This document shows, in pieces, positions 40,651-54,131 of a DNA stretch of 64,000 nucleotides. The notes under the pieces are model-generated. The model did no database searches. It was not told the origin of the DNA and saw only the letters and a program-made list of their open reading frames with translations. The DNA lies in contig OZ024757.1 of the NCBI GenBank assembly GCA_964016885.1, positions 7,254,001 through 7,318,000 on the forward strand, read 5' to 3'. The DNA comes from Eledone cirrhosa (Eukaryota). The translations under genes and the position numbers were made by a program. Numbering within the stretch: the first letter of the stretch is position 1; each line of letters starts with the position of its first letter.

Positions 40651-41835
40651 AACCTCCTCAGTGACAAGGCTGTTATTTAGTATCTCTCCTGTGTTCTGTC
40701 AGACACCATCTAGTTTTTGTGAACTCACAAAAGCAAGAGATTATTTTGTTTGTTGTTTAGTAAAAATTAACACACCACATAGATTACATCTGAAGGAGGT
40801 AAGTTGACAAAGAGTTACTTAATGTCTATATTAATGTGTGTAAATAATAGAATTATGTGAACCCTTCAACGATACAGTAATTATATACAAGTGAAAATAT
40901 AGCAACATTGGAAAAATATATTTCTTCAATATAGTCAATGTTAATCCTAACTTTGCTGACTGTTTCTCTATACATGGCTTTATGATCATGTCTCCAAAAC
41001 ATGTACCAGACAGTGTTTCAGGTAGCTCTTTACAGTATTAGAACCTTATGTCACCAACGAAACCCTACACCAACAGATGTCCTTTCAATATCAAAACAGC
41101 TCCCTGAAATACAGTAACTCAATCCCTATTTCACAGGTTGACCCAGACATCGTCCCAAAGAAAGGAAATCCTTGTGAAATCATAGGGGTACCTTTGTGAC
41201 ATATAACATTTATTGGGTATTTTAGACCTGGTGGAGACCACACCCTTCTTCCAGATCTGAATACACTTGATTTCTTCCAGAGAAAGGGATATATGTGTAT
41301 ATAAATATATATATATATATATATTGTATGGACCTGTAAATCTTGGGGTAGTCGTAGGGGTACTCTAGTGGATTTCAGTCTTTGTTGCACATATTTTAAA
41401 ACCTGATGCAGCCCATCTCCTCTCTCCAGGTCTGAACACAATTGAGATCTGAATAAAACTTCAAGTGAAATCAGATATTGTATGGATTCATGTCGATTCA
41501 TTAGACTCCTGGTCTAAACACAGCTGATTCCTCCCGGAGAAGGAGAGAGAAGTGAGAAAAAGATATTGAGAAAGAATTGACTCCTACTAATAAAAAGGTG
41601 GAAGTTAAACTGGTGTTGACATGTCATCAGGAGAGGGGATGATAGCTATGTTAGAAAGTCCTATAAGAATGAATTTGTCTTTGTTTAATAAAAACTAACA
41701 CAACACATTGATTATATGTGAAAAAGTAAGTTGACAAAGATTTACTGAATGTCTATATTAATGTAAATAATATAATTATGTGAATCTTTCAACGATACAG
41801 TAATTATATACAAGTGAAAATATATATAACAATAT

Positions 41836-44800
41836 TACCACTAATGATAAATACTATACTGTACATTGGATAATGCAGTCCTTGATACACTATGTCTGAT
41901 AGCCACTAATACTAACTTCTATACAGTACATTAGATAATGTAGTCCTAGATATACTATGTCTGATAGCCACTAATACTAACTACTGTACTGTACATTAGA
42001 TAATGTAGTCTTTGATACACTGTCTGATAGCCACTAATACTAACTACTGTACTGTACATTAGATAATGTAGTCCTAGATATACTATGTCTGATAGTGACT
42101 AATACTAACTACTATAGTGTACATTATATAATGTAGTCCTAGATACACTATGTCTGATAGCTACTAATACTAACTACTGTACTGTACATTAGATAATGTA
42201 GTCCTAGATATACTATGTCTGATAGCCGCTAATACTAACTACTGTACTGTACATTAGATAATGTAGTCCTAGATATACTATGTCTGATAGCCACTAACAC
42301 GAACTACTATACTGTACATTAGATAATGTAGTCCTAGATATACTATGTCTGATAGCCACTAACACGAACTACTATACTGTACATTAGATAATGTAGTCCT
42401 AGATACACTATGTCTGATAGCCACTAACACTAACTACTATACTTTACATTAGATAATGTACTCCTACACACTATATATGATAGCCAGTAATACTAACTAC
42501 TGTACATTAGATAATGTAGTCCCAGATACACTATGTCTGACAGCCACTAATACCAACCATTATACTGTACATTAGATAATGTAGTCCTTGATACACTATG
42601 TATGATAGCCACTAACACTAACTACTGTACCGTACATTAGATAATGTAGTCCTAGATACATTATGTCTGAAAGCCACTAATACGAACTACTGTACTGTAC
42701 ATTAGATAATGTAGTCCTAGATACATTATGTCTGATAGCCACTAATACGAACTACTGTACCGTACATTAGATAATGTAGTCCTAGATACATTATGTCTGA
42801 AAGCCACTAATACGAACTACTGTACTGTACATTAGATAATGTAGTCCTAGATACACTATGTCTGATAGCCACTAATACGAACTACTGTACTGTACATTAG
42901 ATAATGTAGTCCTAGATACACTATGTCTGATAGTCGCTAATACGAACTACTGTACTGTACATTAGATAATGTAGTCCTAGATACACTATGTCTGATAGCC
43001 CCTAATACTAACTACTGTACATTAGATAATGTAGTCCTAGATATACTATGTCTGATAGTCACCTATACTAACTACTATACTGTACATTAGTTAATGTAGT
43101 CCTAGATATACTATGTCTGTTAGTCACTAATACTAACTACTGTACTGTACATTAGATAATGTAGTCCTAGATACACTATGTCTGATAGCCACTAATACTA
43201 AGTACTGTACATTAGATAATGTAGTCCTAGATACACTCTGTCTGATAGCAACTAATACTAACTACTGTACTGTACATTAGATAATGTAGTCCTAGATACA
43301 CTATGTCTGATAGCTACTAATACTAACTACTGTACTGTACATTAGATAATGTAGTCCTAGATACACTATGTCTGATAGCCGCTAATACTCACTACTGTAC
43401 TGTACATTAGATAATGTAGTCCTAGATACACTATGTCTGATAGCTACTAATACTAACTACTGTACTGTACATTAGATAATGTAGTCCTAGATACACTATG
43501 TCTGATAGCTACTAATACTAACTACTGTACTGTACATTAGATAATGTAGTCCTAGATACACTATGTCTGATAGCCACTAATACTCACTACTGTACTGTAC
43601 ATTAGATAATGTAGTCCTAGATACACTATGTCTGATAGCTACTAATACTAACTACTGTACTGTACATTAGATAATGTAGTCCTAGATACACTATGTCTGA
43701 TAGCTACTAATACTAACTACTGTACTGTACATTAGATAATGTAGTCCTAGATACACTATGTCTGATAGCTACTAATACTAACTACTGTACTGTACATTAG
43801 ATAATGTAGTCCTAGATACACTATGTCTGATAGCCACTAATACTCACTACTGTACTGTACATTAGATAATGTAGTCCTAGATACACTATGTCTGATAGTC
43901 ACTAATACTAACTACTATATTGTACATTAGATAATGTAGTCCTAGATAAACCATGTCTGATAGCCACTAATACTAACTACTGTACTGTACATTAGATAAT
44001 GTAGTCCTAGATATACTATGTCTGATAGCTACTAATACTAACTACTGTACTGTACATTAGATAATGTAGTCCTAGATACACTATGTCTGATAGTCACTAA
44101 TACTAACTACTATATTGTACATTAGATAATGTAGTCCTAGATAAACCATGTCTGATAGCCACTAATACTAACTACTGTACTGTACATTAGATAATGTAGT
44201 CCTAGATATACTATGTCTGATAGCTACTAATACTAACTACTGTACTGTACATTAGATAATGTAGTCCTAGATACACTATGTCTGATAGTCACTAATACTA
44301 ACTACTATATTGTACATTAGATAATGTAGTCCTAGATAAACCATGTCTGATAGCCACTAATACTAACTACTGTACTGTACATTAGATAATGTAGTCCTAG
44401 ATATACTATGTCTGATAGCTACTAATACTAACTACTGTACTGTACATTAGATAATGTAGTCCTAGATACACTATGTCTGATAGTCACTAATACTAACTAC
44501 TATATTGTACATTAGATAATGTAGTCCTAGATAAACCATGTCTGATAGCCACTAATACTAACTACTGTACTGTACATTAGATAATGTAGTCCTAGATATA
44601 CTATGTCTGATAGCTACTAATACTAACTACTGTACTGTACATTAGATAATGTAGTCCTAGATACACTATGTCTGATAGTCACTAATACTAACTACTATAT
44701 TGTACATTAGATAATGTAGTCCTAGATAAACCATGTCTGATAGCCACTAATACTAACTACTGTACTGTACATTAGATAATGTAGTCCTAGATATACTATG

Positions 44801-45465
44801 TCTGATAGCTACTAATACTAACTACTGTACTGTACATTAGATAATGTAGTCCTAGATACACTATGTCTGATAGTCACTAATACTAACTACTATATTGTAC
44901 ATTAGATAATGTAGTCCTAGATAAACCATGTCTGATAGCCACTAATACTAACTACTGTACTGTACATTAGATAATGTAGTCCTAGATATACTATGTCTGA
45001 TAGCTACTAATACTAACTACTGTACTGTACATTAGATAATGTAGTCCTAGATACACTATGTCTGATAGTCACTAATACTAACTACTATATTGTACATTAG
45101 ATAATGTAGTCCTAGATAAACCATGTCTGATAGCCACTAATACTAACTACTGTACTGTACATTAGATAATGTAGTCCTAGATATACTATGTCTGATAGCT
45201 ACTAATACTAACTACTGTACTGTACATTAGATAATGTAGTCCTAGATACACTATGTCTGATAGTCACTAATACTAACTACTATATTGTACATTAGATAAT
45301 GTAGTCCTAGATAAACCATGTCTGATAGCCACTAATACTAACTACTATACTGTACATTAGATAATGTGTTCCTAGATAAATCATGTCTGATAGCCATTAA
45401 TACTAACTACTATACTGCACATAAGATAATGTAGTCCTAGATATACTGTGTCTGATAGTCACTAG
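41836..45465. repeat. 65-bp satellite with a 195-bp higher-order repeat
   Basis: Unit ACTACTGTACTGTACATTAGATAATGTAGTCCTAGATACACTATGTCTGATAGCCACTAATACTA, about 55 copies. Confidence 0.97.
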
Positions 45466-45595
45466 TATATACGTAGTTCTCAGGGAGATTCAGCGAGACA
45501 AAACGTGTGACATGGCCTCCTATTTAAATACATATAGAACCCATCTTATATTATAATATGCCTGGGTATTTCATTGACACGTGTACCATTGACAT

Positions 45596-45790
45596 TATTC
45601 TCAGGGAGATTCAGTGTGACAATTCTATGTAACAACGTCCCCTATAATTACTGGTACAACTTATTTTTGCCAGCTGGGTGAAATGAAACAATGAGAAATA
45701 AAGTGTCTTGTTCAAGGCCCCAACGTACGGACCGCCCGGTCTGGGATTCGAACTCACGAATCATACGTTCATGTACGTGCTATCACCGCG
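45596..45790 (-). mobile_element. Diverged tRNA-derived SINE
   Basis: Minus-strand B box GAGTTCGAATCC and core CCTTGAACAAGACACTTTATTTC. Confidence 0.7.
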
Positions 45791-46317
45791 TAAACCCGGT
45801 TTCCTCCACACAAAATACACCGGAATAATTTAATCCGGATTAATTCACGAACAAGAATTACAATAAGTCGCTGAGAGTGATCTCCCTTGGCTGACTTTAA
45901 CATCTTTTCTTCTTCCATTAGAAATTAATTTGTTTCATGTCCGACTGAAAGACTCTGGAGTTTTTACCTGTCTTGGGTTTAATTAATGAGGAATTTTGAG
46001 GTATTTATAACAATTATTAATTATTTCATTACTGAGATATCATTTGAAGGATTTACTAAAGTTTTTAATTATTAATTATTTTATTAGTAACTTAACATGT
46101 GGTTCTTGTATAAAATTATGTTGGAAGATGTTAGGAAGAAGCTATGTAGCCGGTCCCGGTAAAATAGACTCCCACGCTATGTAGCCGGTAAGAGTGTCAG
46201 ACTCCATGCGTTGCGGCCCTTTATGGTTTGAGTTAAGACAATTTAAAAGTTTTTCCACCATCAATTGTTAAAAAAACAAGTTAAAGTCATTTTGTCGTCC
46301 ATTCGTAACGTACGTTA

Positions 46318-46580
46318 CACTTTAGTTACATACACATCAACTGTGTTACATATACACACATCTACTGTGTGACATAGACATCTACTGTGTTACATACACA
46401 CACACACATCTACTCTGTTACATACACACACACACATCTATTCTGTTACATACACACACTACTGTGTTACATACACGCACATCTACTGTGTTACATATAC
46501 ACATCTACTATGTTACATAAACACTTCTACTGTGTTACACACACATATCTACTGTGTTACATATCTACTGTGTTACATAT
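46318..46580. repeat. ~20-26 bp minisatellite CATCTACTGTGTTACATACACA
   Basis: Direct tandem units. Confidence 0.88.
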
Positions 46581-47075
46581 ATAAACAGTATATATATACA
46601 GTATATATATAGTACACAAAAGATGTAGTGGGATAAAGAGTAGTCTTAAGACAAGTCTGTCCAGATAGCTGTGCTGTAACTTACACTTATTGGGACTGTG
46701 TGTTGGCTAGCAGGCCTGTATTTTGGGATCTAGCTGGTCCATTATGAGGGAGGTCTGGTTAGTTGGCAACACCATGCCTTACTTGTGGTATATGTATGTA
46801 TAGAAATAAATTATTGTATATGTATAACTGTCCATCTATATGTATATACATGTGCGTTTAAGTATGTGTATATATACATATATACATTTTCAGATGTATG
46901 CATGTAAGAGTATATATAGCTTTATATATATATATATAAACATACATATGAGTGTATATATATATATATATATTTATAAACATACATATGAGTGTCTATA
47001 TATATATATTCATATATATAAATATATCATCATCATCATCGTTTAACGTCCATATATATATAAACATACATATGA

Positions 47076-47133
<58 letters not shown>

Positions 47134-47137
<4 letters not shown>

Positions 47138-47470
47138 TCATCATCATCATTTTACGTCTGCTTTTTCCCTGCTTGCAAGGGTGAGAGGGGAACTGATTCT
47201 GGCTTGATTTCTACAGCTGGATGCCCTTCATAACACCAACCTCATTTACAGTGAGTGCTGGGTGCGTTTTTGCCGTGGCACCTCCACGACCACTTTGCAG
47301 TGGAATGAGAGGGACCCCAGTCCCTATCATCTCATTTCTACAGCTGAGTAAACTGGAGCAATGTGAAATAAAGTGTCTTGCTCAAGGAAACAACACATCA
47401 CATGGTTTGAGAATTGAACTCACAACCTTTCGATTGCAAGACCAATGCTCTAACCACTAAGCCAGGGGCC
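47134..47470 (-). mobile_element. Full tRNA-derived SINE with RTE-type 3' tail
   Basis: A box TGGCTTAGTGG, B box GAGTTCAATTC, core, GAAGGGCATCCAGCTGTAGAAA and (GAT)n; flanked by (TA)n. Confidence 0.9.
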
Positions 47471-47472
47471 TC

Positions 47473-47533
<61 letters not shown>

Positions 47534-47599
47534 ATTGTATTGTATTGTATTGTACAATCTATGTATAATGAAACACTCAGTAAGGTTAGAATTAACAAT

Positions 47600-48985
47600 G
47601 ATTATTTAGTGTAAAAGTTGTTCACCAAGGCTCTGTCCTTAGCCCCCTCCTATTTATTATTGCCCTTCAGGCTATAACAGAGGAGTTCAAGACGGGCTGC
47701 CCATGGGAACTCTTATACGCAGATGATCTAACGGTCATAGCTGAATCAATGGCTGAACTAGAGAAGAAATTCTAAACATGGAAGCATGGTCTAGAAACAA
47801 AAGGCCTTAAAGTTAACTTGTCTAAGACTAAAGTCCTAGTTTGTAGAAAGGAAAATAAGGCACAGGTACCCTCAGGGAAATGGCCTTGCTCAATATGTAG
47901 GAAAGGAGAGGGCAGAGATTCAATTTTATGTCCCAAATGCAAAGTATGGGTACATAAAGATGTAGTAGGATCACAGGTAAACTATCTAAGAATGTAGACT
48001 TTATATGTGGCCGATGCTCAGGTGACAGATAGCAAGTGTCCACAGGATACTAACCCCTTCTATTGCCCAGATGGTTCCATAGAAATAGTAGACACTTTCC
48101 GTTACCTGGGTGACAAAATCAGAAGTGGTGGAGGGTGTTCTGAAAGTACAGTAGCCAGAGTCAGAACGGGATGGAAAAAGTTCAGAGAGCTTATACCACT
48201 GTTGGCCGCTAAAGGTTTCTCTCTAAAAACGAAAGAAAGATTTATGATGCCTGTATACGAATAGCAATGCTACATGGCAGTGAGACATGGGCATTACATG
48301 CAGAGGACCTGTGTAGACTGGAAAGGAATGAAGCATGTATACTCTGTTGGACGTGTAATTGTAACATACCTGAACGGCAAAGCATAAATGAACTAAGTGA
48401 GAAATTAGGAATAAGAGGGATCAGATGTTGTTTACTCGAGAGAAGACTACGTTGGTATGGTCACGTGATGCGCATGTAAGATGACAGTTGTATAAAAAAG
48501 TGCAGGGCAATCAAAATTGATGGTAGTTACGGAGTAGGTAGACCCCAAAAAACCTGGGACGATTTGATAAATTCCGACCTCATACACGTGCACCTCTCTA
48601 AGATAATGTCACTGGACCGAGATCTTTGGCTCTACCCAGTAATACAGAAGACCTGCCTTTCCTATGTACAAAGGGAAACCTACAGTTAGTAGCCTCCTCT
48701 TAACCAAATATACACCCCAATCCACTACTCCTACCCTATCCTCCCACTCCCACCAACACCACCCTCTCTCTATAAAGTTGGTACCAAAACATCCAGTCCA
48801 AATAAATGAGATCGAGATCGTGTCACGACAAAACACACAGTCCACGCTGTAATGTGGCCGTGTAGGTAACACGGTAAAAACCTCCCAGTCCACACTGTAA
48901 ATGTGGTTGGTGTTAGAAAGGGCATCCAGCCGTAGAAAATCTGCCAGATAGTCCTATATGAGTGATACACGGTCACCCGACCAAC
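47600..48985 (+). mobile_element. 5'-truncated, degenerate RTE LINE
   Basis: HQGSVLSPLLF, YADD, Cys-rich insert, FRYLG, LHGSETW; multiple stops. Confidence 0.92.
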
Positions 48986-49346
48986 CTTGCTGGGGGGTCC
49001 CGGGGGGGGGGGAGATGTTTTTGTTGTTGCTGTTATTGTTATTTTTTTTTCATTTCGAAAAGGAGGGATAAATTTGAAAAAATTCAGTTTTTTTTACTGC
49101 TTAGTTTTGTTAAATTTCAGTTAATGTCTACTGTTTTTCATGTTGGTGACGATGATGATGTAGAGGATTATGTAAACAAAATGGATGACAATGATGACAA
49201 TACTACTGCTGGTGCTGTCGATATTATTGATGTTGTTAATAATAATATTGATGACATTGGTAAGTGTCAATCTGCCTTGCATACATTTGTGTATATATAT
49301 ATACACACACACAGACACATATATATATATATATATATATGCCCTT

Positions 49347-50083
49347 ATACGCAGGCTAGAGAGGAACGAAGCTTGCATGCTCCGCTGGATGTGTAATAGT
49401 AATATACGTGAACGGCAAAGCATTAACGAACTAAGGGAGAAATTAGGAATAAGAGGGATCAGATGTTGTTTACTCGAGAGAAGACTACGTTGGTACGGTC
49501 ACGTGATGCGCATGAAAGACGACAGCTGTATAAAAAAGTGCAGGGCAATAAAAATAGATGGTAGCCACGGAGTAGGCAGACCCAGAAAAACCTGGGACGA
49601 CTTGATAAATTCCGACCTCACACACTTACACCTCTCCAAGACAATGTCACTGGACCGAGATCTTTGGCGCTACCCAGTCATACAGAAGACCCGCCTTACC
49701 TAAGTACAAAGCGAAACCTACAGTCAGTAGGCACCTCTAACAAAATACACCCCGGCCCCACTACCCCCACCCCATCCACTGCACCCCTTTCAATGTAAAG
49801 TTATGTTGGTACCACAACATCCAGTCCGAAACAAATAAGGTCGTGTAGGTCTCACGACAAAAAAACACAGTCCACGCTGTAATGTGGCCATGTAGGTAAC
49901 ACGGTAAAAACCTCCCAGTCCACACTGTACATGTGGTTGGTGTTAGGAAGGGCAGCCAACCGTAGAAAACCTGCCAGATAGTCCTATACGTGCAGGACAA
50001 CAAATCTTGCCTCAAGTGGGAAAACTCCCGTCCAAACCTATGCAAGCGTGGAGGATGGACGTTAAACGATGATGATGATAATG
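49347..50083 (+). mobile_element. 5'-truncated RTE LINE
   Basis: IRRLERNEACMLRWMC...KTRLT*, 3'UTR and GAT tail. Confidence 0.93.
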
Positions 50084-50194
50084 ATATGTATATGTATATA
50101 TGTGTATGTACCATTTTGTATGTTTGTTCTGTGTGTGCGTCTATGTGTGTGTAAGTGGGCGAGTGTGTGAATGTGTTTGTCAACACCTGGAATA

Positions 50195-50690
50195 TATATT
50201 AAGAGAAACTTCACAATAAGGGGAAGCACCCAACACTTGAATCTGTTGATGGAACCCTTTCTGCCTTTGTCACCCTTATTTCAGCCTTAAAGAATTTCCC
50301 TTTTCTTTAAACCATTGAACCCCAGCCATCCTGTAGACACCTGTCTTACAGCCATTGTTAGTCTAAGTGATAAACTAGGATTGGTATTCCAAACATGATT
50401 TTGTTTACAGTATTCTTCCTGCCTTTGTTATTACTATAGCTTTAAAGAATTAGATTTTAATGAACTCCCTTTTCTTTAAATCCTTCTACCAATGACCCCC
50501 ACCCTCTCCTACCACCAGAAAAGAAAAGATATAAATACCACTACTTGGACAGGTAGTTCCCTGATGATTTCTCATGAATGAAACAGTTCTAGTCCTGTAG
50601 AAGCTCTTCTATATTAAAACGTTTATACTCTGCTATGTATTGAGTACCTTACTTACTGTGGTTACCTCTGATTCAACCCGGAATAACTTA
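50195..50690 (+). mobile_element. Penelope-like 3' end with hammerhead
   Basis: Degenerate EKLHNKGKHPTLESVDGTLS resembles the PLE E.LHI..P.LN.D.G C-terminus; TATAAATA at 50530; hammerhead at 50555-50605. Confidence 0.6.
50555..50605 (+). ncRNA. Type I hammerhead ribozyme
   Basis: AGTTCC-CTGATGA-TTTCTCATGAAT-GAA-ACAG-TTCTAGTC-CTGT-A-GAAGCT. Core intact, 4-bp stem III, GUA triplet; one mismatch each in stems I and II. Confidence 0.68.
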
Positions 50691-50756
50691 TATATATATA
50701 TATATATATATATATAATCCTAATCGTAAAGTGCTTTACTATATATATATATATAT

Positions 50757-50896
50757 CTATTTTATTTATCACTCTTTCTTCTGATAAAGGACCAGCGTCC
50801 AAAACGTTAAGACTCTCTTCCTGCTATATCAAGCGTTAACCTATTATATACCTTCCATATACTGTACCGATTGTGTTGTTATTTCTGTTTACCTTT

Positions 50897-50900
<4 letters not shown>
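50757..50900 (+). mobile_element. Penelope pseudo-LTR fragment (same family as 26884-27030) with mutated hammerhead
   Basis: TCTT-CTGATAA-AGGAC-CAGC-GTCC-AAAACGTT-AAGA has two core G>A changes; flanks match the 26884-27030 reverse complement. Confidence 0.8.
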
Positions 50901-50941
<41 letters not shown>

Positions 50942-51041
50942 GTTAAACAAGGTTCAATGAATAAATCAAAGAATGAGTTTTACAATAGATGGGAAGCACT
51001 CAACAGCTATGGTATTCCAGAGTTATTAATATCAATTCAAA

Positions 51042-51307
51042 ATATTAACAAAAATAGACATTTGTGTGATCAAGTATATTTTATTATACATATTTCAGAG
51101 GTACTGAGCTATCTTCAACAGTACGTCCTCATCAGATAAAATAAGATGATGCATGACATACCCTGACTGAATCTTAACCATCTACTATGTCAGGGTATGT
51201 CATGCATCATCTTATTTTATTTGATGAGGACGTACTGTTGAAGATAGCTCAGTACCTCTGAAATATGTATAATAAAATATACTTGATCACACGAATGTCT
51301 ATTTTTG

Positions 51308-51313
<6 letters not shown>
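51042..51313. mobile_element. Inverted pair of Penelope-type pseudo-LTRs, a hammerhead in each arm
   Basis: Arms 51042-51167 and 51189-51313 are nearly identical, with a 21-nt spacer. Confidence 0.8.
51078..51142 (-). ncRNA. Type I hammerhead ribozyme (intact core)
   Basis: ATTTTAT-CTGATGA-GGACGTACTG..CAGTACCTCT-GAAATATGTAT-A-ATAAAAT: 7-bp stem I and long stem II. The mirror copy at 51214-51278 (+) has C3>T. Confidence 0.78.
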
Positions 51314-51354
<41 letters not shown>

Positions 51355-51626
51355 AAGCACTTTATGATTATGATTTTCTCAGTAAGGTATCAATCGAAGT
51401 GTCAGTGTAATAAATAAGAGACAGTTTTATTTGTACATCTTCATTTTATTACATAAGTCCATTAACCATATACATACATGCATACATAAATATATATGTG
51501 TGTGTGAGAGAGAAAGAGACAGGGAGTGTGTGTACTTTGTCTGTACTTTGCTTGGCTTTGGCTGCTATTTCTACCATGCATATACCTGTCCTTCATTCTT
51601 CTCTCGTTCTCTGAGACTCTAGCATG

Positions 51627-51675
<49 letters not shown>

Positions 51676-51800
51676 GTGTGTGTGCTGTGGCACTTGTATT
51701 TACAATTATATAAATAAGTATCTAATTATTTAAAGATTGTGGCATTACTACACCTTTAAGTTTAAATTTCAATTGAATAACATTACAGATATGTTTTATA

Positions 51801-51834
<34 letters not shown>

Positions 51835-52032
51835 ACATTACATATATGTTTTATATATATATATATATATATAAATAACATTACATATATGTTATATATA
51901 TATATATAAATAACATTACAGAAATGTTATATATATATATATAAATAACATTACATATATGTTTTATATATATATATATATAAATAACATTACAGATATG
52001 TTTTATATAAATAACATGACAGATATGTTATA

Positions 52033-52369
52033 TCATCATCATTTCATCATTTCATTTTACGGCCGCTTTTTCCCTGCTTGCAAGGGTGGGACGGAAACTG
52101 ATTCTGGCTTGATTTCTACAGCTGGATGCCCTTCCTAACACCAACCTCATTTACAGTGAGGGCTGGGTGCTTTTTTGCCGTGGCACCTCCACGACCACTT
52201 TGCAGTGGAATGATAAGGACCCCAGTCCCTATCATCTCATTTGTACAGCTGAGTAAACTGGAGCAATGTGAGAAAAAGTGTCTTGCTCAAGGAAACAACA
52301 CATCACCTGGTCTGAGAATTGAACTCACAACCTTTCGATTGCAAGGCCAATGCTCTAACCACTAAGCCA
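52033..52369 (-). mobile_element. tRNA-derived SINE with RTE-type tail
   Basis: Close match to 47134-47470. Confidence 0.9.
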
Positions 52370-52697
52370 ACATTACAGATATGGTGTATATATATATATA
52401 AATAACATTACAGATATGTTATATATATATATATATATAAATAAATAACATTACAGATATGTTGTGTATATATATATATATATATAAATAACATTACAGA
52501 TATGTTGTATATATATATATACATAAATAACATTACAGATATGTTGTATATATATATATATATATATACATAAATAACATTACAAATATGTTTTATATAT
52601 ACATATATATATAAATAACATTACAGATATGTTATATATATATATATAAATAAATAACATTATAGATATGTTGTATATATATATATATATATATATA

Positions 52698-54131
52698 GTG
52701 AAGAGTTTAGCGTAAAAGTTGGCGTCCATCAGGGCTCTGTTCTTAGCCCCCTACTATTTATTATTGCCCTTCAGGCTATAACAGAGGAGTTCAAGACAGG
52801 CTGCCCATGGGAACTCCTATACGCAGACGACCTGACACTCATAGCGGAATCAATGGCCGAGCTAGAGAAGAAATTCCAAACATGGAAGCACGGCCTAGAG
52901 TCAAAAGGACTTAAAATTAACCTGGCTAAGACCAAAGTTCTAGTTTGTAGGAAAGAAAACAAGGCGGCGGTCCCTTCTGGGAAATGGTCGTGCTCGGTGT
53001 GTAGGAAAGGCGTAGGTAGAAACTCCATTTTATGTCCTAAATGCAAAGTATGGGTGCATAAAAGATGTAGCGGGATCACAGGTAAGCTAACTAAGAACAT
53101 AGATTTTACATGTGGCCGGTGCTCTGGTGCAATAAGTAGCAGCAAGTGCCCACAAAATACTAGATCTTTCAATTGCGCAGAGGGTTCTATAGAAATAGTG
53201 GACAGCTTCCGTTACCTGGGCGATAAAATCAGCAGTGGGGGAGGGTGCTCTGAAAGTACTGTAGCTAGAGTCAGAACTGGTTGGAAAAAGTTCAGAGAGC
53301 TTATACCACTATTAGCTGCTAAAGGGTTCTCCCTAAAAATGAAAGGCAGGTTGTACGATGCCTGCATACGAACAGCAATGTTGCATGGTAGTGAGACCTG
53401 GGCATTGTGTGCAGAGGATATACGCAGACTAGAGAGGAATGAAGCTTGCATGCTCCGCTGGATGTGTAACAGTAATATACGTGAACGGCTAAGGAAAAAA
53501 TTAGAGATAAGAGGGATCAGATGTTGTTTACTCGAGAGAAGGCTGCGTTGGTATGGACACGTGATGCGCATGAAAGTCGATAGCTGTATAACAAAGTGCA
53601 GGGCAATAAAGATAGACGGTAGCCACGGAATAGGCAGACCTAGAAAAACCTGGGATGAGCTGATAAACTCCGACCTCACACACTTACACCTCTCCAAGAC
53701 AATGTCACTGGACCGAGACCTTTGGCGGTACTCAGTAACAGAGAAGACCCGCCTTGCCAGTAGGCATCTCTAACAAAATACACCCCGTCCCGCCACCACC
53801 CCCACCCCATCCACACCACCCCGTTCTATGTAAAGTTATGTTGGTGCCGCGCCATCCAGGCCGAAACAAATGAGATCGTGTAGGTGTCACGACAAAAAAA
53901 CACACAGTCCACGCTGTAATGTGGCCGTGTAGGCAACACGGTAAAAACCTCCCAGACCCACACTGTAAATGTGGTTGGTGTTAGGAAGGGCATCCAACTG
54001 TAGAAAACCTGCCAGACAGTCCTATGCGAGCAAGACAATCACTCTTGCATCAAGTGGGACTACCCCCGTCCAAACCCATGCAAGCGTGGAACACGGACGT
54101 TAAACGTTGATGATGATGATGATGATGATGA
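52698..54131 (+). mobile_element. Young 5'-truncated RTE LINE with open RT frame
   Basis: GVHQGSVLSPLLF, YADD, C4HC3 insert, FRYLG, GRPRKTW; (GAT)n tail to 54131. Confidence 0.95.

Noticed and set aside
46141-46236. Twister ribozyme-like GCTATGTAGCCGGTCCC
   Set aside because: Lacks the CCAAGC and downstream GGAG pseudoknot elements; the duplicated 14-mer is better explained as a subterminal repeat.
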